From Rhizaria sp. SCN 62-66 (Eukaryota), in contig MEDY01000106.1 of assembly GCA_001724265.1 (NCBI GenBank), forward strand, positions 56,801 to 76,800: a stretch of 20,000 nt of DNA, read 5' to 3'. The first letter of the stretch is position 1. Each line of letters begins with the position of its first letter. A model generated the notes under the pieces. The model was not told where the DNA came from. It searched no databases and saw only the letters and a program-made list of their open reading frames with translations. Position numbers and translations under genes: made by a program. This document shows positions 17,551 to 20,000 of this stretch, in pieces.

Positions 17551-19308
17551 CGCGTTGTGTTGCGGTGCTTTGTGCAGCGCAATGGGCACGTTGCGGTGCG
17601 TGAACGCACGCGTCGTCTTGCTCTCCACGGCCGCGAGCGCCAGCGCAGTCATGTCGACGAAGTGGCTCGCGGTCGGCGCCAGCGCGAGCAGCGGCGCCAG
17701 AGTCAGCGGGTGACCGTGGGCAGGCTCCGCAGAGGAACCGTGAGCAGCGGCGTTTTGAGAGAGGATGGAGTCGGCTGGGGGCGCCATGAGAGACAGCAAG
17801 GCCGCGCCCGTGCTACTTACACTGGGACAGGTACTTACATTGGGGGCGCTTACACGCGAGCGCGCGACGATGGAGTGTAAGGGCGCGGTGTTGGCAATGC
17901 CCGATAGACCGAGGAAGGGGGACGAAGTACAGAGCGCGTGCGAGAGGGAAAGTAAGGCCGCGTCCGTGGGGGTGAGAAGTGTAGCTTCATCGGTACTTAC
18001 ATCCACCACAGTGGAAGTGTAAGGGGTTGGCAGCAGCGTTGAGTGAGTCGCAGAGGTGACAGCCTGATCCCACTTAGACTGAGCCTGCTGTTGCGTGTCA
18101 GCAGCAGCGTCAGCAGCAGCAGCACCCTTAGACGCGGCAGCCAAACGCGTGTAAGTAGGCGCTTGGGTCAAGCCGCTCGCAGGCAAGTTGTACAGCGCAA
18201 CTGCAGCGGCCTCGGCCTTGGCCAACCGCTGCTGCATGTCCGCAGCACTGTTGTCGGTCTCATCACTGCTTGACTCTTGTTGTTGTTGCTGCTGTTGTTG
18301 CAGTAGCAGCGAAGGGGTGAGTAAAGAAGCTGCAAATGCGACGCGCTGCTCCCAAATCACACTTAGATCGGGGTACTTACACTCTTCCTGAGCGTTGTCA
18401 CCGGCGATAACGCTTGTGTCGTTGCTTGAGCTGACGTTGGCGTCGTTGTTGTTGTTATCGTTGTTGTTGTCGCTGTTGCTGTTAGCATAAATGAACTGTA
18501 GGATCTTGACGTGAGTGGGATCTAAGGGGAACCCCTTCATCAGCTCTAAGTGGCCACTCACCTCTAGGTACCTCTTGTCCTCACCAGCATCAGCGTTCGC
18601 GCTATTCGCGCTGTGACTGTCCTTCTCGTTTTCGTTGTTGTCGTCGTTGTTTTGGCGAGGAAGGACATCAGTCGCCAGAGTCGAGCTGACTGGACACTGA
18701 TAGAACACAACTCCAGAGCTACCACCAGCAGTAGTGGCGTGACTTTGATTCGCCTGCAACGCCCCCGCTGTGGCAATCGCCGCTGCGGCGAGACTGATCG
18801 GCGCATCGGGGGCCTCGCCGTTGTAGGTCGCACTCGGAGCTGCGCCGTTGGCAGTCAATACAGCCATTGCGTCGGCCGCTGCGATGATGCTCTGCTTAAC
18901 AACGCTGCTGCTGCTGCTGCTGTTGCTGCTGTTTTTACCAGCATTAACCACAGCAAGAGCCATACTGGTAGCATCTGCGTTCGCGTCATTCGAGTTGTTG
19001 TTGGAGTTTACGTTGTTGTTGGAGCTCCTGAGAGCAGGATGGTAGGGCAGGGGCAGGAGGGCGGCGTCGATCGCAGCTTCCGTCGCGGCTCGCCGTGCGT
19101 ACGTGTGCGCGTCCGTAACGACACCGTGGTCGATCGAGAACTCGGGCACGGGGAGTTCGAGCGAGGGCAGCGGTGCGCTGGCGGTGAAGCCAAGGGTGAG
19201 CGGCAGAGAGCGGGTGTGGCGGGTGTAGCTGGGAGCGGAGGCCGGGCCGAAGAGGTCGAGGCTGGCGGCGTCGGCGCGGGCCGTAATCGAGCCCGGTTTG
19301 GACGCCAT
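15415..19308 (-). CDS. Divergent CMTR1/FtsJ(RrmJ)-like cap 2'-O-methyltransferase homologue, 1297 aa, probably catalytically inactive
   Basis: A single long ORF. Ordered motifs resemble CMTR1: FVDMTALALAAVE, GGYTGGALEYII, RGVALS, FAPLVS, DVDVVLA, and ALSTLRQGGMFLSSF...VSLIYLCYRLFARLALV...VFVVGREL (compare recalled CMTR1 ALxxxRxGGxFxCKxFD...GLVYLLYCCFERVCLFKP...ERYVVCKGL). Confidence 0.68.
16395..16476 (-). repeat. Two dispersed 16-bp elements (exact 16395-16410; one-mismatch 16461-16476) inside the CMTR1-like CDS
   Basis: CTAAGGGGGTACTTAC and CTAAGGGGGTACTTAG. Confidence 0.85.
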
Positions 19309-19855
19309 AGCTGAGATAGATAGCCGCTAAGCAGGACTAAGTTGTGGTGAAACTGCAGGACGGGTCGCGAAGGTTTAAGTGAAGAGTAGTCTGGATTAAG
19401 GAAGGTTGGAGTGACGAGTGTGTGAGTTGATGTGAGGCATAATTGAAGAGAGTATAGGGGGATAAAATAGGCAATTCTAAAGAAACTAACAGAAAAAAGA
19501 ACGAGATACTAACGCAAAAATAGGATAGTTCAAAAGATGTGCTATTGACGTCAAGGATGAACTGATGTAAAGATTTTCAGATAGCCTAGCAAGACGCAAC
19601 CGCGAGCGCAGCTTAGTCGAAAGCCACCGTCACGAGACATTAAAGAGAACATAGTGTGGTACAGATGTGTGGGATTTTGGGTCGATGAAATGAGTTTATT
19701 TCCGTGAGGTATATATCTTTTAGGTTTTTGCTATTTTACGTCTCCTCCTACTCATCCTTCACACGCATATCCCTCTCAAAGCGCCTATTGACACGAGATG
19801 AGAGAATGGGTGTTACTGACTCGTAGTGTGTTTGCGGATGATAATGATTGACTTC

Positions 19856-20000
19856 TTAATCGAGAGCAACCTTCTTGCCGTTGCCATTGGCACGGTTCTT
19901 ACGGTTGAGGATGGACTGGCGGGAGCCGTTCATGTAGAGGTCGGTGACGACGACGTTGGAGGTGTGGATGGGGACCTGGACAGAGGTGCCGTTGTTCTTG
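19856..20000 (-). CDS. RPL26: 60S ribosomal protein L26 (uL24), C-terminal portion, 5' partial
   Basis: The - strand reads KNNGTSVQVPIHTSNVVVTDLYMNGSRQSILNRKNRANGNGKKVALD*, matching the eukaryotic L26 pattern KxNGxxVxVxIHPSxVVIxxLxxxxxRxxILxRK. Codon bias is strong. The segment is too short for the ORF track. Confidence 0.9.
   Translation of the reverse strand, partial: KNNGTSVQVPIHTSNVVVTDLYMNGSRQSILNRKNRANGNGKKVALD

Noticed and set aside
3697..18550. CRISPR array or interstitial telomeric repeats (TAAGGG-like)
   Set aside because: The motif copies are dispersed, in both orientations and irregularly spaced. There is no tandem array, repeat-spacer structure or cas gene.
6603..19314. Numerous + strand and alternate-frame ORFs overlapping the two giant genes
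   Set aside because: They are shadows of GC-rich, triplet-repeat coding sequence (poly-L/V/C) with no domain motifs.

Overview
Gene-dense, intron-containing eukaryotic (probably protist) DNA with GC-rich coding regions, AT-richer spacers and the standard genetic code. The window holds, in order: V-ATPase subunit G (-, 3 exons seen, 3' end outside the window); an intronless ELMOD-family Arf/Arl GAP (+); a 4-exon ~299 aa gene of unknown function (-); tRNA-Leu(AAG) (-); a 3-exon ~2636 aa formin (-); a 1297 aa CMTR1/RrmJ-like protein (-); and the 3' end of RPL26 (-). Three signals stand out. (1) A DNA word, STAAGTACC/GGTACTTAS, occurs about 22 times by hand count. It sits mostly inside coding sequence, on both strands and in several reading frames, and builds larger paired 16-mers (GTAAGTACCCCCTTAG; CTTASACGCGTCTAAG). 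(2) The formin appears to carry an N-terminal amphiphysin/Rvs161-type N-BAR domain plus adaptor-binding motifs. (3) The cap methyltransferase homologue appears to have lost its whole K-D-K-E catalytic tetrad. All assignments were made by eye; no searches were run.
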